From the NCBI GenBank assembly GCA_002104905.1, contig MCFE01000666.1:1-48370 (forward strand): a DNA stretch of 48,370 nucleotides, given 5' to 3'. The notes under the pieces are model-generated. The model saw nothing but the letters and a program-made list of their open reading frames with translations, had not been told where the DNA came from and searched no databases. Positions 1 through 9,565 of this stretch are shown here, one piece after another; position 1 is the first letter of the stretch; the number at the start of each line of letters is the position of its first letter. Made by a program: the position numbers and the translations under genes. The DNA is from Basidiobolus meristosporus CBS 931.73 (taxonomy: Eukaryota > Fungi > Basidiobolomycota).

Positions 1-181
1 GATTTATGAAGGGATCTTAACAGTGTTTTGCTGTCTGGACTGCCTAATTTGGTGAAAACATTTGATGGTGTTTTGATATATGGACTTGTAACAGCCTTCT
101 GGTGGCTAACAGCATTTTGATAGTATCAAGCTAGCCTACACATCAAATTGCCTTATATGATGAAAAACCTGATGGTGTTTG

Positions 182-530
182 TGTTGTAAGAGTCTTGGAG
201 ATATTGGAAGTGATTTGGAGAACAAGTAGATTATGTGGTTTTCACTTAATGATTTATTGAATGTAAAAGTAGTATTTATACTTTTGCCTGGTCTTGGCAT
301 TACAAACACATAGAATAGATTAAGGAGGGTCCCAAGAACATGTGTGCAAAGTTTGGGGCTGTTTGGACAACTTTGAGAATTATCATGTTCTGGGTACCTG
401 GTATTTTGGTGAAAATATTCCAAGTAAATCCTGTCAAGGAATTTGGTCAGTATTCTCTAGGATTTGAAGGTAATGATCTAAGTGACTAAATTAGGTGAAT
501 ATTTAGGTGGAATTACAAATCTTTACTACA
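182..530 (-). repeat. Copia family-I 3' LTR (349 bp) of element D
   Basis: TGTTG...TACA, reverse complement of the 3191-3540 LTR. Followed by ctcccactca (PPT TGAGTGGGAG on the minus strand) at 531-540. Confidence 0.92.
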
Positions 531-1128
531 CTCCCACTCAACTAAATGCTCATACTCACTAGTCCTAATTTAGACCTAAGATATTCAAACTTGTCTCTAG
601 CTAATGGTTTGGTAAATAAGTCTGCAATCATTTCACCTGTAGGACAGTAAACTTAGTTAGCTAAGTTATTCTCTATAGCTTTACATATGCAATTATGTCT
701 AATCTCTATGTGCTTAGTTCTAGCATGAAAAGTTGGATTTCTACCTAATTGTATACATCCTTGATTATCTTGAAATAAAGTAATAGGCATTTTTTGACAT
801 AAACCTATATCTGTAAGATGCTTTCTTAACCACATTGATTTTTTTGTAGTTGCAGATCCATAGTTCTGATTATGCTGTCTGACAACTCCCACTGAATATG
901 GGATATCTGGACATGTCCCAAGCATAATATACATCAGACTGCTCACCATAGATTGGTAAGGAAAGTCAGGGCTGTCAGATGGCACTAAGCTCTCTTGATT
1001 TGGATATGTTTTGATCAAGTTATGGTTTGTCTCTATTGGGGTAGCTACCAGTTTGCAGTTTTACATTTGACACTTCTTTGGAATATCTTGAATATACTTG
1101 GATTGGCTTAGGGTGCTAGTCTGGGTAC

Positions 1129-1356
1129 TGTTGTAAGAGTCTTGGAGATATTGAAAGTGATTGGGAGAACATGCAGATAATGTGGTCTTTACTTAATTGT
1201 TTATTGAATGTAAAAGCAGTATTTATACCCTTGCATGGTCTTAACATCACAAACATGTAGTGTAGAGTTTGGTCAACATTCTCTAGGGTTTGAGGGAAAT
1301 CATCTAGGTGACCAAGTTAGGTGAATTTTTAGGTTGAAGTGCCAATTTTTACAACA
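1129..1356 (-). mobile_element. Copia family-I solo LTR with ~120-bp internal deletion
   Basis: TGTTG...CAACA ends and 5-bp TSD GGTAC at 1124-1128 and 1357-1361. The flanks rejoin into RT sequence. Confidence 0.88.
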
Positions 1357-2155
1357 GGTACTTCTGTCTACGGAGGACTTTATCCCCAACTAGTAGCTGA
1401 GTTCTCCTAGATTGGACATATTGAGCTCCTTAGATAGGCTGAATTTAGTCTCTTCCAGTATTTCTAGGTTATTGGTGGCTATAATAAGATATTCCACATA
1501 TAAAGCTAATAGAACTGGATTTTCCCTAACTAGCTTATAGTAGATACTGTAGTCAGCGGTACTCCTTTGGAAACTCAAAGTTTCCAAATAAGAATCCATC
1601 TTGCATTTCAAGGCACTTGGTGATAGTGTGAGGCCATAAAGAAATCTCTAAGCTTGCAGACCAAATGAGGGTGAAGTGAATCAGCAATCCCATCAAGCTG
1701 GTCCTTGTACAAACACTCATCAAGTTCCCTATTCAAATATGCAGCTGCTGCATCCATTTGATGTATAAACAACTAATATTTGGCTGCAATAGCCAATATT
1801 AATCTTATGGAATTAAACATGGCTACCTGTGCAAAGGTCTCAGTATAGTCAAGTCCTTTTATTAGAGGATATCCTTTGGCTACAAGTGTTGCTTTGTATC
1901 TGTCAATTGTGCCATCACCCTTATAATTTGTCTTGAAGACCCATTTGCATCTAATTGATTCTTTGTCAACTGTTAATTTGACTTTGTCCCAACTTTGCTT
2001 TTCCATCAGGGCCTGATACTCCTTAGTCATTGCAGATCTCCAAAACCTTGTCTGAGGGCAATTTAGGGCCTCTTTTGCAGTCTGGGCCTTATCATTCTCT
2101 ACTGAATAGGCATAAGCTAAGTTTGCACTCTCATTGATATAGTGATTTTGGCTAT

Positions 2156-2851
2156 TGTTGTGCATCAACATTTAAAACTTAGCCAATTTTACTCCATTTG
2201 AAAATCTAGTACCCTAACTGCTTTTCCCTAACCCAAACATAGCAAATCCCAGTTACAGTTTATTTTATCCCACCTCAGAATCTATTTTTAGCTATCACAC
2301 CTGATCCATTTTCAAATGGTCATTACGTTATCAACCTATCTGCCAAGCCTTCCAAGGTGATTAGTCATCTGAGATCTATCCAACCACTGTGCAGTTGCCA
2401 AGACATCAGTTGATTGATGATGTAATTTTCATTTATCTTATGCACCTATGAACACCCAAATTGATTTCAATCAATCCAGTCCCTTGGCGCTTACTAATTC
2501 AACTTGATCAGAAAAGTATAAATAAAGTTTACTGAACCTTTTGGTTTAGTGTGTGCCCAACAAAATTGAGATTCTGTCTCAGCAAAAATAAGAATCCAAC
2601 AATTCCGTTCTAGTTTCTATCCAAGCCTAGTATATCTAGCACTCCAAAGAACACCAAGCCTAGCCTGCCTAGCAAACAAATATCATTGTCTTTATAGCCA
2701 ACCCAGCTATATCCAAGACCAATATTAGATCAGAATCTTTCTGCCAATATTTCTGCCACTCTCTGACAATTCTAAGATTCTGCACTTAGTTGTCCCTTTG
2801 GTTCAGTTAAACCATTCAAGAGTTTTATTACACTTTCTCTTGGATACAACA
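2156..2851 (+). mobile_element. Solo LTR (696 bp) of an unassigned LTR family
   Basis: TGTTG...CAACA ends and 5-bp TSD GCTAT at 2151-2155 and 2852-2856. TATAAATAAA near 2517 suggests + orientation. No similarity seen to the other LTRs in the window. Confidence 0.8.
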
Positions 2852-3190
2852 GCTATCTCTGGTCCAGTTGGAACTCCTGGTATGTGATACTAGAATGCTT
2901 CCTTCTGGGAAATTCCTGGACACTGATTCAGGCTGTACCATGGTTGTGGAGTCCTCTGGAGTGACAAAGCTCTCACTGTTTTGCCCTGATTCAGTCCTGA
3001 CTATTGGTGGGCTTGTAATCAGATTTTGGTCATTATGTGATGTTATCGTTGTAAAAATTTTGAATTTTCATCACACTACACATCCCTAGAATTGATTGGC
3101 TTCTTTGCATTGGCATTGCAGAGTCTGTTTTGCTTTACCATATTGCAGTAGCCCAAAAATATGCATTTTGCACTTTTTAGCTCAAGTTTT

Positions 3191-3540
3191 TGTTGTAAAA
3201 ATTCGTATTTTCCACCTAAATATTCACCTAACTTAGTCACTTAGATCACCACCTTCAAATCCTAGAGAATACTGACCAAATTCCTTGTCGGGATTTTCTT
3301 AGAATATTTTCACCAAAATACCAGGTACTCAGAACATGAAAATTCTCAAAGTTGTCCAAACAGCCCCAAACTTTGCACACATGTTCTTGGGACCTTCCTT
3401 AACCTATTCTACGTGTTTGTAATGCCAAGACCATGTAAAAGTATAAATACTACTTTTACATTCAATAAATCATTAAGTGAAAACCACATAATCTACTTGT
3501 TCTCCAAATCACTTCCAATATCTCCAAGACTCTTACAACA
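3191..3540 (+). repeat. 5' LTR of element 1 (350 bp)
   Basis: TGTTG...CAACA. TATAAATA at 3442-3449 and AATAAA at 3464-3469. Differs from the 3' LTR by 7 substitutions and 1 indel (manual count). Confidence 0.95.
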
Positions 3541-3554
3541 GGTTATGAGCCCTG
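3541..3554 (+). other. Primer-binding site complementary to the anticodon stem-loop of initiator tRNA-Met (half-tRNA priming)
   Basis: GGTTATGAGCCCTG directly follows the LTR. Its reverse complement CAGGGCTCATAACC is the internal tRNAi-Met segment used by Ty5 and, with one base difference, Drosophila copia (established knowledge). Confidence 0.9.
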
Positions 3555-6500
3555 AGCTGTCACTCTCTGCAATGTCTACTACTGCTATTACTGGAATTTT
3601 TCCCTCTGCTGAAAAGTTGGATGGATCTAACTACCAAGTGTGGAAGGTGAAGATGAAGATGCTGCTGCAAGAAAGAGGCCTTTGGGATATTGTCATGGGA
3701 GAAGAATGCCCTCCTAAAAACGTGGGAGAGGAAGCCTTAAAGTACCAGAAGAAAGAACAAAGTGCCTTTAACTGCATTTGCCTTAATGTCAAGGACAAAT
3801 TGCTAATTCAATGCTCAAGAGCAAAAACGGCAAAGAATGCCTGGAAGGCATTAGAAGACACCTACCAGTCATGTTCAGCTGCCAAGAAAATGTATCTGAG
3901 AAGAAAATTCTTTACTACAAAGATGCTGCCAGGAGAAGAAATGAAAAATCTAATTAACAGAATTACCCTGCTGGTAGATGAGATGGAATCTGTGGGCGTA
4001 CCAACTACTGATGAGGATGTGATAGTTACCATCCTGAATAGCCTGACAGACAAGTTTCAGGGCCTTGTATCAGCCCTAGAGTCCAGAACTGAAGATTTGA
4101 CCTTAAATTACGTATATGGAAGGCTCCTGGATGAAGAATTAAGAAAATCAAGCGCCAATAAGAAGGAAGAAGAAAATGCTTTAATAAGCAATGATAACCA
4201 ACAAAGGAGGTACCCAAGACCCTACAAAGGCAACAGCAACCTATTTTGCAACTACTGCAAAAGGAAAGGACACACATCAGACCGGTGTTTCAAAAAGAGA
4301 GATTATCAGCAAAAGAAGCCTGAATATGGAAATGCTGCAACAACTGAAGATAGACTATTCATATCTGCACTAAATATGACCACAAACAAGGATTCTCAGA
4401 CGTGGTATATTGACTCTGGAGCTTCTCAACACTTTACACACCAAAAAGAACTTTTTACCCAATATCAAGAAATTCCAATTAAGAAGGTTTTCATGGGTGA
4501 CAATAGAACACTTAATGCAGTGGGAGAAGGAACTATCCAGGTAAACCTTAGAAGCAGTGAAGGAAGCCATACACTGACCTTTAAAGAAGTACTCTACGTA
4601 CCAGAAATAGCCAAGAACCTACTCTCTGTAAGCAAGGCCACAGCAGAAGGACTCAGTTTCAGTTTTGACAATTCTGGATGCAGGATCACTGATCAAAATG
4701 GTGCTCATATTGCTTTGGGCATCAGAGATCAGAACCTATACAAGTTGACTTATATTCCATCATATCTGGAAGCCAATATAAGTAACTTAAATGAAGAAAC
4801 ACCAATGCTTTGGCACAGGAGATTTGGACACATCAATTTTGATTATTTGCGTAAAATGATCAAAGATCAGCTAATTTCTGGAGTGAAAATTGATCCCCCA
4901 GCTAATTTGGAGCACTGTGAAGCCTGCATATATGGGAAACAAGCCAGACAACCGTTCAAGAGCTCTGGGTTAATCAAAACTAAGAAAAAATTAGATCGAA
5001 TTCACTCAGATTTGTGTGGACCTATGCAAAATTTATCCTTAGGCGGGATGAAGTATTTAATCACTTTTATTGATGATTATACAAGATACACATGGGTCTA
5101 CTTCACAAAGAGAAAGGAAGAAGCTCTGTCTAAGCTCAGGGAGTTTAAAGCCATGGTGGAGAGAGAAACTGGTGAAAAAATCAAGAAAATACGCTCTGAC
5201 AATGGTGGAGAATATACCTCAAAACTCTTCATCCACTTCTGCAAAATTCATGGGATAAAGCAAGAGACTACTGTACCATACTCCCTACAGCAAAATGGAG
5301 TAGCAGAACAAGCTAACAGATCAATAATTGATATGGCAAGATCTATGATCCATGATCAAAAATTATCCTATGATTTTTGGGCGGAATCAGTTGCCACTGC
5401 TGTATACCTTAAAAATAGGAGTTATAACAGAATACTTCGTGATTCTACTCCATTTGAAGCATGGTATGGATACAGACCAAGTACAGAACATCTAAGAATA
5501 TTTGGGTGTACAGCATATGCCAAAAAACTGGCCAGAAATCAGTCAAAATTTGAGCCAAAAAGTGTAAAATGCATATTTTTGGGCTACTGCAATGAGAGTA
5601 AGGCACACAGACTCTACAATACCAAAGCAAAGAAGCTTATCAAGTCCAGGGATGTGTTGTTTAATGAAAATTCAAAATTTTCACAAAAAATGACATCAGA
5701 TGATGACGAAAATTTGATCTCAAGTCAACCAATTGTCAGGATTGAATCAGAGCAAAACAATGAAAATTTTTTCACTCCAGAGGACTCTACAACCATGGTT
5801 CAGCCAGAATCAGTGCCCAGGAATATCCCAGAAGTGATCATTCCAGTATCAAATGCCCGGAGATCCAATCGGACAAGAAATAGCCCAAATTACTATATCA
5901 ATGAGGGTACAAACTTAGCCTATGCCTATTCAGTCCATGTTGATGAACCCCAGACTGTAAAAGAGGCCCTAAATAGCCCTCAGACAAAGTTTTGGAGATC
6001 TGCAATGACTGAGGAATATCTGGCACTGATGGAAAATCAAACTTGGGACTTAGTCAAATTACCAATCAACCAAAAATCAATTGGATGCAGATGGGTCTTC
6101 AAGACAAAATACAAGGCTGATGGTACAATTGAAAGATACAAAGCAAGACTTGTAGCCAAAGGATACTCTCAAACAAAAGGACTTGACTATACTGAGACCT
6201 TTGCACCGGTAGCCAAGTTTAATTCCATCAGATTAATATTGGCTATTGCAGCCAAATATAAGTTTTTTATTCATCAAATGGATGTAAAAACTGCATTTTT
6301 GAATGGAGAACTTGATGAGGACGTGTATATGGACCAGCCTGATGGGTTTGTTGACCAAGATAACCCCCATTTGGTCTGCAAGCTTAAAAAGTCACTATAT
6401 GGTCTCAAACAATCACCGAGAGCCTGGAATTGCAAGATAGATTCTTATTTGGAATCTTTGAGTTTCAAAAGGAGTAATGCTGACTATAGTATATACTATA

Positions 6501-7516
6501 AGCCAGATAGAGCAAATCTAGTTCTATTAGCTCTATATGTGGATGATCTTATTATAGCCGCCAATAACCTAGAAACATTGGAAGAGACTAAATCCAGCCT
6601 ATCTAAGGAGTTCAAGATGTCTGATCTAGGAGAACTTAGTTACTACTTAGGGATTAAGTTCTCCATAGACAGAAGTACCCAGAATATTACCCTAAGCCAA
6701 TCCAAGTATATTCAAGATATACTAAAGAAGTACAAAATGGAAGACTGTAAACCGGCAGCTACCCCAATGGAGACAAACCTTAACTTGGTCAAAACTCAAC
6801 CAAATCAAGAGAGCTTGGTGCCATCTGAAAGCCCTGACTTTCCTTATCAATCTATGGTCAGCAGTCTGATGTATATCATGCTTGGAACACATCCAGATAT
6901 CTCATATTCAGTGGGAGTTGTCAGCCAACATAATCAGAATTATGGATCTGATCATATTGCAGCAGTTAAGCGGATTTTTAGATACCTAAAAGGAACTGCT
7001 GATATCTGCTTAAGATACACTTATAAGGATTCAGAACAGGATCTTGTGGGATACTCTGATGCTGATTGGGGACGAAATTTAGAAGACAGAAGATCCACCA
7101 CAGGATACACCTTTCTTTACTGTAAAGGAGCCATTTCATGGAATTCAAGAAAGCAACCAACCGTAGCACTTTCTACTACAGAGGCAGAGTATATGGCAGC
7201 CTGTGAAGCTACAAATGAAGCAATGTGGTTAAGAAAGCTCTTTACAGATTTAGGCCTATGTCAAAAAACGCCTATTACTTTATTTCAAGATAATCAAGGA
7301 TGTATACAATTAGGTATAAATCCAACTTTTCATGCTAGAACCAAGCACATAGATATTAGACACCATTTCATACATGAAGCTATAGAGAATAACTTAGCTA
7401 GCTTAGTTTACTGTCCTACAGATGAAATGATTGCAGACATATTTACCAAACCATTAGCTAGAGACAAGTTTGAATATCTTAGGTCAAAATTAGGACTAGT
7501 CAGTATGAACATTTAG
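3545..7516 (+). CDS. Copia Gag-Pol polyprotein, 1323 aa (Gag, zinc knuckle, protease, integrase, RT, RNase H)
   Basis: Motifs in Copia order: CNYCKRKGHTSDRC (CCHC), WYIDSGASQH (protease), LWHRRFGH..CEAC (IN zinc finger), IHSDLCGP / IRSDNGGEY / QQNGVAE (DDE), LYVDDL (RT), GYSDADW / TEAEY / QDNQG / ADIFTK (RNase H). Start placed at the first ATG after the LTR (alternative 3572), not the GTG at 3413. Confidence 0.95.
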   Translation: MSPELSLSAMSTTAITGIFPSAEKLDGSNYQVWKVKMKMLLQERGLWDIVMGEECPPKNVGEEALKYQKKEQSAFNCICLNVKDKLLIQCSRAKTAKNAWKALEDTYQSCSAAKKMYLRRKFFTTKMLPGEEMKNLINRITLLVDEMESVGVPTTDEDVIVTILNSLTDKFQGLVSALESRTEDLTLNYVYGRLLDEELRKSSANKKEEENALISNDNQQRRYPRPYKGNSNLFCNYCKRKGHTSDRCFKKRDYQQKKPEYGNAATTEDRLFISALNMTTNKDSQTWYIDSGASQHFTHQKELFTQYQEIPIKKVFMGDNRTLNAVGEGTIQVNLRSSEGSHTLTFKEVLYVPEIAKNLLSVSKATAEGLSFSFDNSGCRITDQNGAHIALGIRDQNLYKLTYIPSYLEANISNLNEETPMLWHRRFGHINFDYLRKMIKDQLISGVKIDPPANLEHCEACIYGKQARQPFKSSGLIKTKKKLDRIHSDLCGPMQNLSLGGMKYLITFIDDYTRYTWVYFTKRKEEALSKLREFKAMVERETGEKIKKIRSDNGGEYTSKLFIHFCKIHGIKQETTVPYSLQQNGVAEQANRSIIDMARSMIHDQKLSYDFWAESVATAVYLKNRSYNRILRDSTPFEAWYGYRPSTEHLRIFGCTAYAKKLARNQSKFEPKSVKCIFLGYCNESKAHRLYNTKAKKLIKSRDVLFNENSKFSQKMTSDDDENLISSQPIVRIESEQNNENFFTPEDSTTMVQPESVPRNIPEVIIPVSNARRSNRTRNSPNYYINEGTNLAYAYSVHVDEPQTVKEALNSPQTKFWRSAMTEEYLALMENQTWDLVKLPINQKSIGCRWVFKTKYKADGTIERYKARLVAKGYSQTKGLDYTETFAPVAKFNSIRLILAIAAKYKFFIHQMDVKTAFLNGELDEDVYMDQPDGFVDQDNPHLVCKLKKSLYGLKQSPRAWNCKIDSYLESLSFKRSNADYSIYYKPDRANLVLLALYVDDLIIAANNLETLEETKSSLSKEFKMSDLGELSYYLGIKFSIDRSTQNITLSQSKYIQDILKKYKMEDCKPAATPMETNLNLVKTQPNQESLVPSESPDFPYQSMVSSLMYIMLGTHPDISYSVGVVSQHNQNYGSDHIAAVKRIFRYLKGTADICLRYTYKDSEQDLVGYSDADWGRNLEDRRSTTGYTFLYCKGAISWNSRKQPTVALSTTEAEYMAACEATNEAMWLRKLFTDLGLCQKTPITLFQDNQGCIQLGINPTFHARTKHIDIRHHFIHEAIENNLASLVYCPTDEMIADIFTKPLARDKFEYLRSKLGLVSMNI

Positions 7517-7517
7517 C

Positions 7518-7527
7518 TGAGTGGGAG
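7518..7527 (+). other. Polypurine tract of element 1
   Basis: TGAGTGGGAG immediately before the 3' LTR. The same motif precedes LTRs at 18126 and 26686, and a close variant precedes 40020. Confidence 0.85.
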
Positions 7528-7876
7528 TGTTGTAAAAATTTGTATTTCCATCTAAATATTCACCTAACTTAGTCACTTAGATCACCACCTTCAAATCCTA
7601 GAGAATACTGACCAAATTCCTTGTCGGGATTTACTTAGAATATTTTCACCAAAATACCAGGTACCCAGAACATGAAAATTCCCAAAGTTGTCCAAACAAC
7701 CCCAAACTTTGCACACATGTTCTTGGGACCTTCCTTAACCTATTCTACGTGTTTGTAATGCCAAGACCATGTAAGAGTATAAATACTACTTTTACATTCA
7801 ATAAATCATTAAGTGAAAACCACATAATCTACTTGTTCTCCAAATCACTTCCAATATCTCCAAGACTCTTACAACA
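7528..7876 (+). repeat. 3' LTR of element 1 (349 bp)
   Basis: Direct repeat of 3191-3540, followed by TSD GTTTT. Confidence 0.95.
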
Positions 7877-8992
7877 GTTTTGACTGTTTTTTGGGCAGTT
7901 TCTTGGCATATGCTATACAAACAAATATTCTTAGATGTTCTGCACTTGGTCTGTATTCATACCTTGAGTCAAGTGGAGTAGTCCTGCAGAGTATTCTGTT
8001 ATAACTCCTATTGCCAAGGTACACAGCTGTGGCAACCAAATCTGCTAAAAAACCATAAGATAATTTTGATTGTGGATCATAGATCTTGCCATATTGATTA
8101 TTGATCTGTTGGCACAATCTGTTACTCCACTTTGAAGTGGGGAGTCTGGCATAGTAGTCTCTTGCATTATCCCATGGATTTTGCAGAGGTGGATGAAGAG
8201 TTTTGTGGTATATTCCCCATCATTGTCAGAGCATATTTTCTTGATTTTTTCTCCAGTTTCTCTCACCACCATGGCTTTAAACTCCCTGAACTTAGACAGA
8301 GCCACTTCCTTTGTCTCAATAAAGTACATCCACATGTATCTTGTAAAATTATCCATAGAGTGATTAAAACTTCATCCTCTCTACAGGCAGATATTGAATA
8401 GGTCCACAAATATTTGAGTGACTTAGATATAATCTTTCCTTGGTATTGCCTAGCCCAGAGCTCTCTTATGGTTGTCTAACCTGCTTACCATATAAACAGG
8501 CTTCACAGTGCTTCAAATTAGCTGGGTGAACAATATTTACTTCAGAAGTTAGAAGTTCTTTGATTACTCTGCGCAAATAATCAAAACTAGCATCTCCAAA
8601 TCTCCTGTGCCAAAGCATTTGTATTTCTTCATTTAGGTTTCTTGTATTGGCTTCCAGATATGATGGAATTGTTGTGTTGTATTATGATTAGTTTGGGGCT
8701 TGTTCTACAATGTAGAGGCTAATCAACAATATACAACAACTTCCAGTATGCTAATACTGAAATAGTTTATTGGGAGTTTGATATACCAATAGAAGATATA
8801 ACTTTCACTAATTTCCTCAATCTTGGGCTCAAAATATACTGTAGGCAGTGTTTATCACTTCTACAGCAGTGTTCTGACCTTCTGTTGACTAATGGGCTTA
8901 TTTACTTTTATAGTAACTTTTCCTTATTTGGAAGTCACTTTCCTTTCTGAGAAAATATTTCCTAATATGGAAATTCTGAACTCCCCTTTAAC

Positions 8993-9192
8993 CTAAAGGG
9001 GTGTGTTGTAGAAGTCTCTAAAGGGGTGTCTTTAGAGTAAAGGGGCTTCTTGTAGTGGTCTCTAAAGTGGACTTTACACTAAAGGGGTGCCTAAAGGGGC
9101 TTCTTTAGAGTAAAGGGGATTCTTAAAGGGGTCTCTAAAGGGGTCTTTAGACTAAAGGGGTGTCTTTAGAGTAAAGGGGTTTCTTAGAGGGG
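8993..9192 (+). repeat. Imperfect TAAAGGGG / CTTTAGAG tandem array inside the Gypsy LTR
   Basis: 10 exact TAAAGGGG plus variants. Homologous arrays at 27615-27856 (13 exact) and 34623-34876 (8 exact plus about 7 variants). Confidence 0.9.
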
Positions 9193-9381
9193 ACTTTTCC
9201 AACAGAAAAGTGGTAGTTTCTTGTAGAACTTAGATTGGATTCTTGTGAGCTTTGCAGTCCCTTTACTGATGTAGTACTGATCAAAGTCAGAATACTCAAC
9301 AGTGCAAGTGATGCAGGGGAAGTCTTATAACCTTTAAACTTGTAATTGTAGTGTGGAGATTCTGGAAAGAGAGGCTCTCCC

Positions 9382-9565
9382 TTTATTTTTTAGCTGGGGA
9401 AGTCATATATATGAAAATTTTGAAGGATCAGAGTTTTTGGGCGATTGCGCAAGCAATACATGTGATATGAAGCTAAAATTTTGCAGTGGCGCAGATCGGA
9501 CATAGGCGCAGCACCTGTGAAAATATCACGTGATTTGATTGGCTGGTTCAAAAGTTACACGCGAT
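9382..9565 (-). promoter_or_regulatory. Putative Gypsy LTR promoter and poly(A) signal
   Basis: On the minus strand, in order: CCAAT (9539-9543), CACGTG, CpG-rich stretch, TATATA (9406-9411), AATAAA (9382-9387). Conserved in all three LTR copies. Function is inferred. Confidence 0.55.

Larger units (their letters stand above)
3191..7876 (+). mobile_element. Full-length Ty1/Copia retrotransposon, family I (element 1)
   Basis: Paired LTRs 3191-3540 and 7528-7876, TSD GTTTT (3186-3190, 7877-7881), PBS, PPT and a single intact ORF. The uninterrupted paralogous target site ctcaagttttgactg is visible at 11241-11255. Confidence 0.97.

Noticed and set aside
3413-3544. GTG start at 3413 giving a 1367-aa protein
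   Set aside because: It lies inside the LTR upstream of the TATA box. GTG starts come from the ORF caller and are not expected in a eukaryotic element.
3862-7169. Short antisense or alternate-frame ORFs over the Copia ORF (3862, 4026, 4191, 4370, 5070, 5445, 6978 and their element-2 counterparts)
   Set aside because: These are 60-83-aa shadow frames with no motifs. Their recurrence reflects the near-identity of the two elements.
8993-9192. TAAAGGGG repeats as interstitial telomere or CRISPR-like array
   Set aside because: Units are irregular, not TTAGGG-type, have no unique spacers or cas genes, and are an internal part of a Gypsy LTR present three times.
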